The translations under genes were made by a program, and so were the position numbers. A stretch of DNA of 64,000 nucleotides from an uncultured Collinsella sp. Lineage in GTDB: Bacteria; Actinomycetota; Coriobacteriia; Coriobacteriales; Coriobacteriaceae. This document shows, in pieces, positions 42,352-52,316 of this stretch. Where the stretch lies: assembly GCA_902475615.1 (NCBI GenBank), contig CABSAD010000002.1:110287-174286 (forward strand). The letters run 5' to 3'. How positions within the stretch are numbered: position 1 is the stretch's first letter; each line of letters starts with the position of its first letter. Below the pieces are notes generated by a model. It was not told where the DNA came from. It did no database searches and saw only the letters and a program-made list of their open reading frames with translations.

Positions 42352-43734
42352 GTGAAATTCATTGGCAGGGAGCGTGAGCTCGCCCGTATTAAGAAAACGC
42401 TCAAAGCACCCGAGCAGCGCAATGTTCTCATTTACGGCAGGCGTCGCGTCGGAAAAAGTGAGCTCATCAAGCAGGCGCTAACCGATTTGCCGGACGTCGC
42501 AACGGTCTATTACGAGTGCCGCCAAACCTCCGAGGCAGACAACCTAGAGAGTCTGTCCGCCCTTGTTGCTGACGCGCTGAGCTTTCCTCCGCTCGCCTTC
42601 ACAGGCATCCGCGAGCTCATCGAATTTCTGTTTGCCCAAGCCAAAGACAAGAACGTTACCCTTGTTCTCGACGAATACCCCTACTTGAGAGATGCGGTTA
42701 AAGGCTTAGACAGCATTCTCCAGACCTCAATCGACGCTCACAGGGAAGACTCACGTTTAAACATTGTCCTGTGCGGCTCCTACGTTGAGATTATGAAATC
42801 CCTCATCGAGCATGAGAGCCCCCTCTACGGGCGAATTGATCTCGCGCTTGAGCTTAAGCCCATGGACTACTTTGACGCTGCGAAATTCTATCCCGCGTTC
42901 TCACCCGAGGACAAGGTGCGGCTCTATAGCGTTTTTGGCGGCATCCCCTTTTACAATCGCCTCATCGATCAGTCCCAAAGCGTACGCGACAACATCATCG
43001 AACTCGTCACAGAACCTGGCGCACGCTTAGAAAGCGAAGTGCCGTCCTATCTCAACGCCGAGATCTCGAAGATGACCAACGCCAACGAAGTTTTCGGAGC
43101 TCTCGCACAAGGTTACTCCCGTTGGGGGGACGTGCTGGCACAGTCGCACGTCTCGAGTGGTCCGGCCATGGCAGACGTACTCGACAAGCTCATGTCACTC
43201 GAAATCGTCCAAAAGCGCGCACCCATCAACGACCCTACGAACAAGCGCAAGTCTGGCTACTTTGTAGTGGACCCACTTTCGCTCTTTTACTATCGCTACG
43301 TTTTCCGCAATGCCTCTGCGCGTCAGCTGCTCGACCCGGAAGTCTTCTATGATCGTCACGTCTCCCAAGACTTCGAGGAAAACTACGTTCCACATATGTT
43401 CGAGGAGATCTGCCGTCAATACCTCGTGCGGCAAAACAGGACCGGCAAGATCGAACCGGCTTTCGACGCCATTGGCAAGTACTGGTACGACGATCCCGCA
43501 AACAAAGCGAGCGGCGAATTCGATGTGGTAACGCAAGACCCCGAGGGCTACGCATTCTATGAAGCAAAGTTCCGCAAATCCCCCATCACGCAAAAAATGG
43601 TCGACGAGGAAATCGCCCAAGTCGAGGCAACGGGGCTCAAGTGCCATCGCTATGGATTCTTCTCCCGTTCGGGCTTCGAAGCTGGCGAAAGCGATCAAAC
43701 CGTCTTCATCGACCTGCCGCAGATGTTTGAATAG
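42352..43734 (+). CDS. AAA family ATPase (DUF234/archaeal-ATPase-like), GTG start
   Basis: Walker A GRRRVGKSE, Walker B LVLDEYPYL and a C-terminal DUF234-like region. About 50% GC. Confidence 0.8.
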   Translation: MKFIGRERELARIKKTLKAPEQRNVLIYGRRRVGKSELIKQALTDLPDVATVYYECRQTSEADNLESLSALVADALSFPPLAFTGIRELIEFLFAQAKDKNVTLVLDEYPYLRDAVKGLDSILQTSIDAHREDSRLNIVLCGSYVEIMKSLIEHESPLYGRIDLALELKPMDYFDAAKFYPAFSPEDKVRLYSVFGGIPFYNRLIDQSQSVRDNIIELVTEPGARLESEVPSYLNAEISKMTNANEVFGALAQGYSRWGDVLAQSHVSSGPAMADVLDKLMSLEIVQKRAPINDPTNKRKSGYFVVDPLSLFYYRYVFRNASARQLLDPEVFYDRHVSQDFEENYVPHMFEEICRQYLVRQNRTGKIEPAFDAIGKYWYDDPANKASGEFDVVTQDPEGYAFYEAKFRKSPITQKMVDEEIAQVEATGLKCHRYGFFSRSGFEAGESDQTVFIDLPQMFE

Positions 43735-43886
43735 GACAGGCTCCTCCCGCATCCCGAGCATTCATTATCTAACCGAACGATTGTTCGATGGATTTCGTGT
43801 TAGTTGGAATCGTCTGTGGACTGGGCTATGCTACCTTGACTATCTATATGACTTAAACGCAGCAAAGGAGCACCGAGAGAGCGAGT

Positions 43887-45884
43887 ATGGCAAAAAACAC
43901 CGCAAACTATGGTAACGACAGTATCCGCCAGCTCAAGGACGAGGAGCGCGTACGCCTGCGCCCCGCCGTCATCTTTGGCTCGGATGGACTCGACGGCTGT
44001 GCGCATGCCGCCTTCGAGATCCTGTCCAACGCCGTTGACGAGGCGCGCCAGGGCTACGGCAAGCTCATCACCCTTACCGCTTTTCGCGATGGCTCTATCC
44101 AGGTAGAGGACAACGGCCGTGGCTGCCCGCTCGACTGGAACCCTTCCGAGAAGCGCTTTAACTGGGAGCTCGTCTTTTGCGAGCTCTACGCCGGCGGCAA
44201 ATACAATAACAACCAGGGCGGCGACTACGACTTCTCGCTCGGCACCAACGGCCTGGGCTCCTGCGCGACTCAGTACGCTTCCGAATACATGGACGTCACG
44301 GTTTGGCGCGACGGCAACAAGTACTCCCTGCACTTTAAGAAGGGCAAGGTTGTCGGCGCCAAAAAGAAGGCACTCGAGATTGAGCCCAGCGACGAGAACC
44401 GCACCGGCACCACTATCAAATGGCGTCCCGATCTTGAGGTCTTTACCTCGATTAGCATTCCCCACGATTGGTATCGCGAGACCATGCGCCGCCAGGCCGT
44501 GGTCAACGCCAACGTGACCTTCCGCCTGCGCATCGAAGGTGACGATGGCGAGTTTTCCGAAGAGGATTTTTGCTATCCCAAGGGCATCGAAGACTACGTG
44601 CTCGAGAAGGTCGGTACCGACTACCTCACCGAGCCCTTCTTTATCGAGGCCGACCGTCGCGGTCGCGATCGCGAGGACCTGCCCGATTACAACGTAAAAA
44701 TCACCGCATGCATGTGCTTCTCGCGCACCTTCATGATGCAGGAGTACTACCACAATTCATCGTGGCTCGAGAACGGCGGTTCGCCCGAGAAGGCCGCCCG
44801 TAGCGCTCTGACCAGCGCCATCGATGCCTACATCAAGCAACAGGGCAAATACAACAAAAACGAGAGCGGCATCAAATGGCAGGACGTCCAGGACTGCCTG
44901 GTGCTGGTGACCAACTGCTTCTCCACTCAGACGTCCTACGAGAACCAGACCAAGAAGGCCATCAATAACCGCTTTATCCAGCAGGCTATGACGGCCTTCT
45001 TTAAGGAGCGCCTCTCGACCTACTTGATCGAGAATAAAGACGCCGCCAACAAGATCATGGAGCAGGTGCTCATCAACAAGCGCTCGCGCGAGAACGCCGA
45101 GAAGACGCGTCAGAGCATCAAGACCAACCTGCAGCAGAAGACCGACATGGCCAACCGCGTGCAGAAGTTCATCGACTGCCGCTCCAAGGACAAGAGCCGC
45201 CGCGAGATCTACATCGTAGAGGGCGACTCGGCAGCAGGCGCCATTCGCACCTCGCGCGATGCCGAGTTCCAGGGCGTTATGCCCGTCCGCGGTAAGATCC
45301 TCAACTGCCTGAAGGAGGATTATCCGCGCATCTTTAAGTCCGACATCATCATGGACCTTATGCGCGTGCTGGGCTGCGGTGTGGAGATCAAGGACAAGCG
45401 CATCAAGAACCTCGGCGCCTTTGACCTGGACAACCTCAACTGGAACAAGGTCATCATCTGTACGGACGCCGACGTCGACGGTTATCACATCCGCACGCTC
45501 GTGCTCACCATGCTCTACCGCCTGGTGCCCACACTTATCGACGAGGGTTACGTGTATATCGCCGAGTCGCCGCTCTACGAGATCAACTGCAAAGAGAAGA
45601 CCTACTTTGCCTACACCGAGCTCGAGAAGAACGGCATCCTCAAAGAGATCGGCGACCAAAAGTGCTCGATCAACCGCTCCAAGGGTCTTGGTGAGAACGA
45701 TCCGGACATGATGTGGCTCACCACCATGAACCCCGAGACGCGCCGCCTGATCAAGGTGGAGCCCGAGGACGTCACCAAGATGGAAACCATGTTCAACCTT
45801 TTGCTTGGCAACGACGAGGCAGGCCGCAAGCGCCATATCTCCGAGCACGGCAAGGAATACCTGGACCAGCTGGACCTGCAGTAG
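43887..45884 (+). CDS. type IIA topoisomerase subunit B (topoisomerase IV ParE-like / GyrB family)
   Basis: GHKL ATPase (EILSNAVDE, DNGRGCP), TOPRIM (EGDSAAG) and a length of 665 aa typical of ParE. Confidence 0.85.
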   Translation: MAKNTANYGNDSIRQLKDEERVRLRPAVIFGSDGLDGCAHAAFEILSNAVDEARQGYGKLITLTAFRDGSIQVEDNGRGCPLDWNPSEKRFNWELVFCELYAGGKYNNNQGGDYDFSLGTNGLGSCATQYASEYMDVTVWRDGNKYSLHFKKGKVVGAKKKALEIEPSDENRTGTTIKWRPDLEVFTSISIPHDWYRETMRRQAVVNANVTFRLRIEGDDGEFSEEDFCYPKGIEDYVLEKVGTDYLTEPFFIEADRRGRDREDLPDYNVKITACMCFSRTFMMQEYYHNSSWLENGGSPEKAARSALTSAIDAYIKQQGKYNKNESGIKWQDVQDCLVLVTNCFSTQTSYENQTKKAINNRFIQQAMTAFFKERLSTYLIENKDAANKIMEQVLINKRSRENAEKTRQSIKTNLQQKTDMANRVQKFIDCRSKDKSRREIYIVEGDSAAGAIRTSRDAEFQGVMPVRGKILNCLKEDYPRIFKSDIIMDLMRVLGCGVEIKDKRIKNLGAFDLDNLNWNKVIICTDADVDGYHIRTLVLTMLYRLVPTLIDEGYVYIAESPLYEINCKEKTYFAYTELEKNGILKEIGDQKCSINRSKGLGENDPDMMWLTTMNPETRRLIKVEPEDVTKMETMFNLLLGNDEAGRKRHISEHGKEYLDQLDLQ

Positions 45885-45929
45885 CAGCAAATCGATAACG
45901 ACGGCCCATAAGAAGTTCAAGAGGAAATC

Positions 45930-48170
45930 GTGGCAAAGAAGAAGACGAAGAACCAGCCAAAGAAAAAGCAGGTCAACGCCGAGAACGTCATCGGCCTGCA
46001 CTCCGAGGTCACTGATCAGCCGATTACGCAGACACTCGAAGTCAACTACATGCCCTACGCCATGAGCGTCAACGTCTCGCGTGCGTTCCCCGAGATCGAC
46101 GGCTTTAAGCCCTCGCACCGCAAGCTACTCTACACCATGTACAAGATGGGCCTGCTCAAGGGCGAGCGCCAGAAGAGCGCCAACATTGTGGGTCAGACCA
46201 TGAAGCTCAACCCGCACGGCGATGCCGCGATCTACGAGACGATGGTGCGTCTGGCGACGGGCAACGAAGCTCTGCTTGCGCCCTTCGTGGAGTCGAAGGG
46301 CAACTTTGGCAAGTACTATTCGGGCGACCTGAGCTACGCCGCCTCGCGTTATACCGAGGCCAAGCTCTCCCCCATCAGCGCCGAGATCTTCAAGGACATC
46401 GACAAGGACCCGGTCGACTTCGTCGACAGCTACGACGGCGCCATGAAGGAACCGCGCCTGCTGCCCACCACGTTCCCCAATATTCTGGTTTCGGCCAACA
46501 AGGGCATCGGTGTCGCCATGGCGTCTGACATCTGTGGTTTCAACCTCAACGAGGTCTGCACCGCCACGATGCACTACCTGCAGGATCCTGACTGCGATCT
46601 GCTCGAGTACATGCCCATGCCCGACTTCTCGACCGGCGGCGAGATTATCTACCGCCGCGAGGAGATGGAGAAGATCATCGAGACCGGCCTTGGCAGCTTC
46701 CAGATTCGCTCCCGCTGGCGTTGGATTCCTGAAGAGCGCATCATCGAGGTCTACGAGATCCCCTACACCACCAAGACCGATGTCATCATCGAGCGCATCG
46801 TCAAGCTCTCCAAAGAGGGCAAGGTCAAGGAGATTGCCGACATCCGCGACGAGACCGACCTCTCGGGCCTGCGCATCGCCATCGACCTTAAGCGTGGCGT
46901 CGACCCCGACAAGCTCATGGCCAAGCTCTATCGCTCGACCACGCTGCAGGATTCGTTCTCGTGCAACTTTAACGTGCTGGTCGACGGCTATCCCCGCGTT
47001 ATGGGCGTGCGCCAGATTCTGCACGAGTGGGTCAAGTGGCGTATTGAGTCCACGCGTCGCCGCATTAACTTTGACCTGGGCAAAAAGTCCGAGCGTCTGC
47101 ACCTGCTGCACGGCCTTGAGGCGATCCTGCTCGACATCGACAAGGCCATCGCCATCATCCGCGGCACCAAGCTCGAGGCCGAGGTCGTGCCAAACCTTAT
47201 GAAGGGTTTCGACATCGATGAGACCCAGGCCGAGTTTGTTGCCGAACTTAAGCTCCGCAACATCAACGAGGAGTACATCCTCAACCGCACCAAGGACATC
47301 GCCAAGCTCGAGGGTGAGATTGCCGAGCTGGAGGAGATTCTCTCGAGCGAAGACAACATCAAGAAGGTCATCAGCGACGAGCTGGCCGCGGTCAACAAGA
47401 AGTACGTGATGCCGCGCCGCACGGGCAGGATTGAGCCCCACGAGGTCATCGAGGTGAGCCTGGAGCCCGAGGTCGAGGAGTATCCGGTCACCATCATGCT
47501 CTCGCGCGATGGCTACCTCAAAAAGATGACCGACCGAGTGCTCAAGAAGGCAACCACGCTCAAGTACAAGGACGGCGACAAACCCTTTATCGAGTTTCCG
47601 TCCTCCAACACCCACGAGCTGCTGGTCTTTACCAACAAGAGCCAGGTGTACAAGTGCAAGGTTGCGGCATTTGAGGACACCAAGTCGGCCCAGCTGGGCT
47701 CGTACCTGCCGACCGATCTTGAGATGGAACCCGACGAGAGTGTCATCTGGGTCATCGACCCCGATGACTACAAGGCCGACGTGCTGTTCGTCTTTGAGAA
47801 CGGCCGTGTGGTGCGCGTCGCACTTTCTGGATATGTCACCAAGACCAACCGCAAGCGCCTGAAGAACGCCATCTATGGCGGCAGCAAGCTGCTGTATGCC
47901 CAGGTGCTCAAGGAAGATCGCGACATCGCGCTGGTCTCGAGCGACTACCGTCTGATGAACTTCAACACGTCGCTGCTCAAAACCAAGACGACCACCAACA
48001 CGCAGGGCATCCAGGCCTTTACCGCCAAGAAGGGCCGCTCGGTCACCACCGTCGGCACGACCGAAGAAATCCTTGGCGCCGGCGTCTCGGCCGAGAAGTT
48101 TACCGCGCAGAGCCTCCCCTCTGCCGGTGCCCTCATGAAAGAAAACGACATGCCGAGCTTGTTTGACTAG
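45930..48170 (+). CDS. type IIA topoisomerase subunit A (topoisomerase IV ParC-like / GyrA family)
   Basis: Motifs YAMSVNVSRAFPEIDGFKPSHRKLLY and AASRYTEAKL (active-site Tyr region). At 746 aa it is shorter than GyrA, and no GyrA box was seen. Confidence 0.85.
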   Translation: MAKKKTKNQPKKKQVNAENVIGLHSEVTDQPITQTLEVNYMPYAMSVNVSRAFPEIDGFKPSHRKLLYTMYKMGLLKGERQKSANIVGQTMKLNPHGDAAIYETMVRLATGNEALLAPFVESKGNFGKYYSGDLSYAASRYTEAKLSPISAEIFKDIDKDPVDFVDSYDGAMKEPRLLPTTFPNILVSANKGIGVAMASDICGFNLNEVCTATMHYLQDPDCDLLEYMPMPDFSTGGEIIYRREEMEKIIETGLGSFQIRSRWRWIPEERIIEVYEIPYTTKTDVIIERIVKLSKEGKVKEIADIRDETDLSGLRIAIDLKRGVDPDKLMAKLYRSTTLQDSFSCNFNVLVDGYPRVMGVRQILHEWVKWRIESTRRRINFDLGKKSERLHLLHGLEAILLDIDKAIAIIRGTKLEAEVVPNLMKGFDIDETQAEFVAELKLRNINEEYILNRTKDIAKLEGEIAELEEILSSEDNIKKVISDELAAVNKKYVMPRRTGRIEPHEVIEVSLEPEVEEYPVTIMLSRDGYLKKMTDRVLKKATTLKYKDGDKPFIEFPSSNTHELLVFTNKSQVYKCKVAAFEDTKSAQLGSYLPTDLEMEPDESVIWVIDPDDYKADVLFVFENGRVVRVALSGYVTKTNRKRLKNAIYGGSKLLYAQVLKEDRDIALVSSDYRLMNFNTSLLKTKTTTNTQGIQAFTAKKGRSVTTVGTTEEILGAGVSAEKFTAQSLPSAGALMKENDMPSLFD

Positions 48171-48207
48171 GTACCACGGCAACGAGATCGTTAGATACTT
48201 CGCAAAG

Positions 48208-48258
48208 CGACGAGGCCCGGAACGCAACGGCATTGCGCCCGGGGCTCGTCGTTTTTCT
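48208..48258 (+). terminator. rho-independent terminator after the topoisomerase operon
   Basis: Stem cgacgaggcccgg...ccggggctcgtcg followed by tttttcttc. Confidence 0.7.
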
Positions 48259-48353
48259 TCTCAACTATTTTTTAACGCAGATAAATTGATTTCTGCTTAT
48301 TTTTCTGCGTAAAAAAATGTCAGCGTCACTGCTACGATGCCCTTTGGCCAGTC

Positions 48354-48410
48354 GTTAGCAAAACTTGCAAAAGTTAGCAAAACTTGCAAAAATTAGCAAA
48401 ACTTGCAAAG
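48354..48410. repeat. three tandem 19-bp direct repeats (gttagcaaaacttgcaaaa), preceded by an AT-rich near-palindrome (48270..48330)
   Basis: Perfect or near-perfect tandem copies ending in the RBS aaaggag of the downstream ATPase gene. Confidence 0.8.
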
Positions 48411-48418
48411 GAGCTACC

Positions 48419-49514
48419 ATGCAGTGCAGCAAGAGCCCCTTTACCCCGACGTTCCGAAGCGTCCCTCCCTTTCTAGCGGGTCGCGAACACATCCTCCGTG
48501 ATATCAACCGTGGCTTTATCAACGGTCCGGGAGACCCCAACCTGTCGAACATTTTTACGGGCGCAAGAGGAACGGGTAAGACGGCGCTTCTCTCGCTCCT
48601 TTCAAAAACGGCGCTTGAACACGGCTGGATTGCAGCAAATGTCTCCCGCCATGCCAGGCATGCTCGAAGATATTATCGAGCGAACCAAAGAAGCGGCAGA
48701 TAGCTACCTTTCACAGTCTCACGCGCGCATGAACGGCGTTCAAATTGGTCCAGTGGGCATCAATTGGACATATGTTCAAGAAGCCCAGGGCAACTGGCGC
48801 ACGTGCATGAATGGCATCTTCAGGCAACTCGAGAAGCATGGCATCGGGCTTCTCATCACCATCGATGAAGTCACCGTCGATCTCGAAGAAATGCTTCAAT
48901 TTGCCTCTGTTTACCAGCACTTTGTACGCGAAGGTAAAAAAGTTGCCCTACTCATGGCAGGACTGCCCTACAAAGTATCGGCGTTGCTGCGTAACGATTC
49001 CGTCTCGTTTCTCAGGCGTTCCCAATATCATCAGTTGGGACGAATCACTGACGTTGAAATTGCAAACGCATTCCGCAAAACCGTTGAGGCCGGAGGCCGC
49101 TCAATCACGCCAGAAGCGCTCGAGGATGCCGTGAAGGCCGTCGACGGATTCCCCTACATGATGCAGCTCGTCGGATATCGCACATGGGATGTTTCGGAGA
49201 ACTCGCCCAAAATCAGCGCACCTGATGTCCAGCAGGGTTCTCTGCTTGCCCGTATGGAGCTGCGCGATCGAATTCTCGAAACGACCTATCGGGAGCTTTC
49301 CGATAAAGACATTGAGTTTTTGCTCGCGATGCTGCCCGATTCTGGCCCCAGCAGGGTCTCGGAGATAGCCAAACGCATGGGCGTTGCCAGCAACTATGCA
49401 AGCCAATATAAACGCCGTCTCCTCGAGGACGGCGTCATCGGGGAACGTGGACGTGGACTCGTTGGCTTTGACATCCCCGCGTTCAGGGAGTTCCTGAGCG
49501 AGAAAGTCTCCTAG
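48419..49514 (+). pseudogene. ATP-binding protein (AAA + wHTH, Orc1/Cdc6-like orphan ATPase) with an apparent +1 frameshift near 48640
   Basis: The N-terminal frame (MQCSKS...GARGTGKTALLSL...IAANVS) and the C-terminal frame (AMPGMLEDII... to the stop at 49514) are offset by one base in a CCC run. The partial paralogous copy at 32215..32460 lacks the extra C. Confidence 0.6.
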
Positions 49515-49622
49515 CACGCGGAGATTGTCCACAAGGGCAACGGTGCATGGCAATCAACGATTCACCCGGCAAGGACGGCAAGTACTTCCAATAACGCTGA
49601 TTGCCATGCGTTCTTCTTGCCC

Positions 49623-50153
49623 TTAGGCGAGCTTGCGAGCGAGCTCTCGCACCTCTTCCAACTTGGGCGACGATGCCATGCTGTCGCGCTCGGTCATACC
49701 GCTGATGGTGACAATGCCCTGATCCTCCCACTTGCAGTACGCGCATGTGGACTTGTACATAGCAATCGCCGCATCATAGACGCCCTCGCTGTGGCTATCG
49801 AGCAAAAGGGCCGTCTTGGTGAACGGGAAGCCCGTAGCACCGAAGGCGTACAGGCGGTCGATGGCGGCCTTCTCCTGCGCAGTGATATCAAACCAGTAGA
49901 TGGGCGAAGCGACGACAACCATGTCGGCGTCTTTCAGCGACTCGATCACCTTGGCCATGTCATCCTTCTGCACGCAAGTGCCCTCGTGGGCGAAACAATA
50001 CTGACACCCCAGGCAACCAGCGATTTTCTTACTGGCAACGCGGATGACCTCGACCGTATGGCCGGCCTCGCGCGCGGTCTCGGCAAACGCCTCGACCATG
50101 GTGTCGGTATTGGCGCCCTTGCGCGGGCTACCACTCAATACAACGATATTCAT
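49623..50153 (-). CDS. flavodoxin-like / NADPH-dependent FMN reductase family protein
   Basis: MNIVVLSGSPRKGANT and SPIYWF motifs, with a CxxC pair, as in iron-sulfur flavoproteins. Confidence 0.8.
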   Translation of the reverse strand: MNIVVLSGSPRKGANTDTMVEAFAETAREAGHTVEVIRVASKKIAGCLGCQYCFAHEGTCVQKDDMAKVIESLKDADMVVVASPIYWFDITAQEKAAIDRLYAFGATGFPFTKTALLLDSHSEGVYDAAIAMYKSTCAYCKWEDQGIVTISGMTERDSMASSPKLEEVRELARKLA

Positions 50154-50300
50154 AGAAATCTCCCTCCTTCATGCCGCAGGCGCGCGGCATATTTTTTGTT
50201 TTAACCAAAACGGATAGAGTTATTCAATCGCCTCGTTTCAGCTACTCCCACTCTTTATAAGAATCGTTGCTGGGGGCTTGGTATTGAATCATGGCACGCC

Positions 50301-51272
50301 TTACTTCAGATACTCCTCAAAGAATGCCTTCAGCTTTTCAAACGGAATGATGTCCGTCTGATCGTAAAGGTCGGTGTGGTTGGCGCCGGGGATAATGAGC
50401 AATTCCTTGTTGTCCCCCGTCAGCTTGCCGTACGCGGTTTCGCTGAAATAGCGGGAGTGCGCCTTCTCGCCATGCACCAGCAACACGGCAGAGCGGATCT
50501 CGCCGGCGTACTGCAAAATCGGCATATTCAAAAAGGACAGCGAGGACGTCACGCTCCAGCCACCGTTGGAGTTCAGGCTGCGGGGATGGTAGCCTCGCGG
50601 AGTTTTGTAGTAGGCATAATAGTCCGCTACAAACTGCGGCGCATCCTCCGGTAGCGAATCGACCACGCCGCCCGCCAGCGCATAGCTGCCGTTTTTATAG
50701 TCCTCGGTGCGCTGCGCGTTCAGCGCTTTCCGCTTATCAAAGCGTGCCTGCTCGGAATCCTCGGCGTCAAAATAGCCGTTTGCGGTCACGCGGGTCATGT
50801 CGTACATGGTCATAGCAGCAGTGGCCTTGATACGGGTATCGATGGCCGCGGCGTTAATCGCCATGCCACCCCAACCGCAGATACCGATGATGCCGATACG
50901 CTCCGGGTCGACACTTTCCTGCACAGAGAGGAAATCCACCGCTGCACAGAAGTCCTCGGTGTTGATGTCCGGCGATGCTACATAGCGGGGCGTGCCGCCG
51001 CTCTCGCCGGTATAGGACGGGTCAAAGGCAATTGCAAAAAAGCCCAGCTCCGCCATTTTCTGCGCGTACAGACCGGAGGACTGCTCCTTCACCGCGCCAA
51101 AAGGGCCGCTGACGGCGATGGCGGGCAGCTTGCCTTCCGCGTTCTTAGGCACGTAGACGTCAGCCACCAGCGTGATGCCGTATCAGTTATGGAAGGTCGC
51201 CTTGCTGTGCTCAACCTTGTCGCTTTTGGGGAATACTTTGTCCCATTCCTGCGTCAGATTCAACTGTTCCAT
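50301..51272 (-). CDS. alpha/beta hydrolase, interrupted by an in-frame TGA at 51183..51185
   Basis: The ATG at 51272 sits 2 nt after the upstream gene's stop and gives MEQLNLTQEWDKVFPKSDKVEHSKATFHN-TGA-YGITLVADVYVPK... The downstream part is an alpha/beta hydrolase fold (GICGWGG nucleophile elbow). Confidence 0.65.
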
Positions 51273-51274
51273 AC

Positions 51275-52039
51275 CTAAACCTCCTTGTCAGTCGCTTTAA
51301 GGTATTGCTCGTCGTCCACGGGCTCCAACCACTCGTTGGAGGCCTCCTCGCCCGGAACCTCCACCGCGAGATGGGAGAACCAGCTGTCGGGCGCCGCACC
51401 GTGCCAGTGCTTTACGCCTGCGGGAATATTTACTACATCGCCGGGGCACAGCTCCTGTGCCGGTTTGCCCCATTCCTGGTAAAACCCTCGGCCAGCCACG
51501 CAGACGAGGATCTGCCCGCCGCCGCTTTTGGCGTGATGGGTGTGCCAGTTGTTGCGGCAGCCGGGCTCAAACGTCACGTTGTAAACGCCGACTTGCTCGG
51601 TGGAAAGGGGTGAGAGGTAGCTTTGACCGATAAAGTACTTCGCAAATGCGTCGTTGGGGGCACCGATGGGAAACGCCATCTCGTTTTGGTGCTGCGCCTT
51701 TGCGTCGGCAGCGTCTTCGTCCGCCCAGACCTCCTTCGCCATGCGGAAGGCCGCCCATGCCTTGGACCATCCCGCGTAAAACGCCGCGTGCGTAAGGATT
51801 TCTGCTATCTCCGTCCTGGTCACGCCATTGTTCTTTGCGGACATCAGATGATATTGGAACGAAGAGTCCGTCAGCCCCTGTGCCATCAAGGCAACCACCG
51901 TCACCACGCTGCGGTCTCGAAGGGAAAGCCCGTCTTCTCGGCTCCACACCTCGCCGAACAGCACATCATCATTGAGCTGAGCGAATTTGGGAGCGAAGTT
52001 CCCCAGGGCATCCCTGCCCGCTGTCTGCTTAACCGTCAT
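51275..52039 (-). CDS. carboxymuconolactone decarboxylase-family + cupin domain fusion protein
   Basis: CMD/AhpD-like N-terminal half and a cupin motif (NNWHTHHAKSGGGQIL...GDVVNIPAGVKHWHGA). The ORF opens at 52093. Confidence 0.8.
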   Translation of the reverse strand: MTVKQTAGRDALGNFAPKFAQLNDDVLFGEVWSREDGLSLRDRSVVTVVALMAQGLTDSSFQYHLMSAKNNGVTRTEIAEILTHAAFYAGWSKAWAAFRMAKEVWADEDAADAKAQHQNEMAFPIGAPNDAFAKYFIGQSYLSPLSTEQVGVYNVTFEPGCRNNWHTHHAKSGGGQILVCVAGRGFYQEWGKPAQELCPGDVVNIPAGVKHWHGAAPDSWFSHLAVEVPGEEASNEWLEPVDDEQYLKATDKEV

Positions 52040-52262
52040 GTTTGATTCCTCCTGTCGATGGTTTTGAGTGCAAAACTGCTTCCGCGCGGTCAAGCTGCCC
52101 GCCTAGATCCCTATGCCCATTCGTCGCGCCTGCTCAAGGGCGGGGTGCCCGGCGATTTCGCCCACACCGTTCACTCCACCGGCGAAAACCGTTCCGGCAA
52201 GCGTGCGCCTTTGGCGAAAATCCCTTGCGCTCCCGATTTGTATTGACGAAAATAAAGGTAAT

Positions 52263-52282
52263 ACCTAAACCTAACTTTAGGT
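52263..52282. promoter_or_regulatory. candidate MerR operator dyad ACCTAAAcctaacTTTAGGT in the divergent promoter
   Basis: Perfect 7-bp inverted repeat with a 6-bp spacer, downstream of a TTGACG -35-like hexamer, between the merR and CMD-cupin genes. Confidence 0.4.
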
Positions 52283-52316
52283 CAAGGAGTTAATTCGAGA
52301 TTTGTCCGGAGGGACC

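Noticed and set aside
43800-48233. Long minus-strand ORFs (317, 453 and 702 aa) opposite the topoisomerase genes
   Set aside because: The plus-strand genes have clear GHKL/TOPRIM and GyrA/ParC motifs, so the antisense frames are compositional artefacts.
48354-48410. Possible CRISPR array
   Set aside because: There are only three contiguous 19-bp repeats, with no spacers and no cas genes. They are tandem direct repeats, not a CRISPR.
40027-51185. TGA recoding (code 4/25) as the explanation for the two in-frame TGA codons
   Set aside because: TGA clearly terminates many well-delimited genes here, for example the response-regulator and kinase stops at 30534 and 31670 and the ATGA overlaps at 9800 and 57619. 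A global reassignment is therefore untenable. Pseudogenisation or sequence error is more likely.
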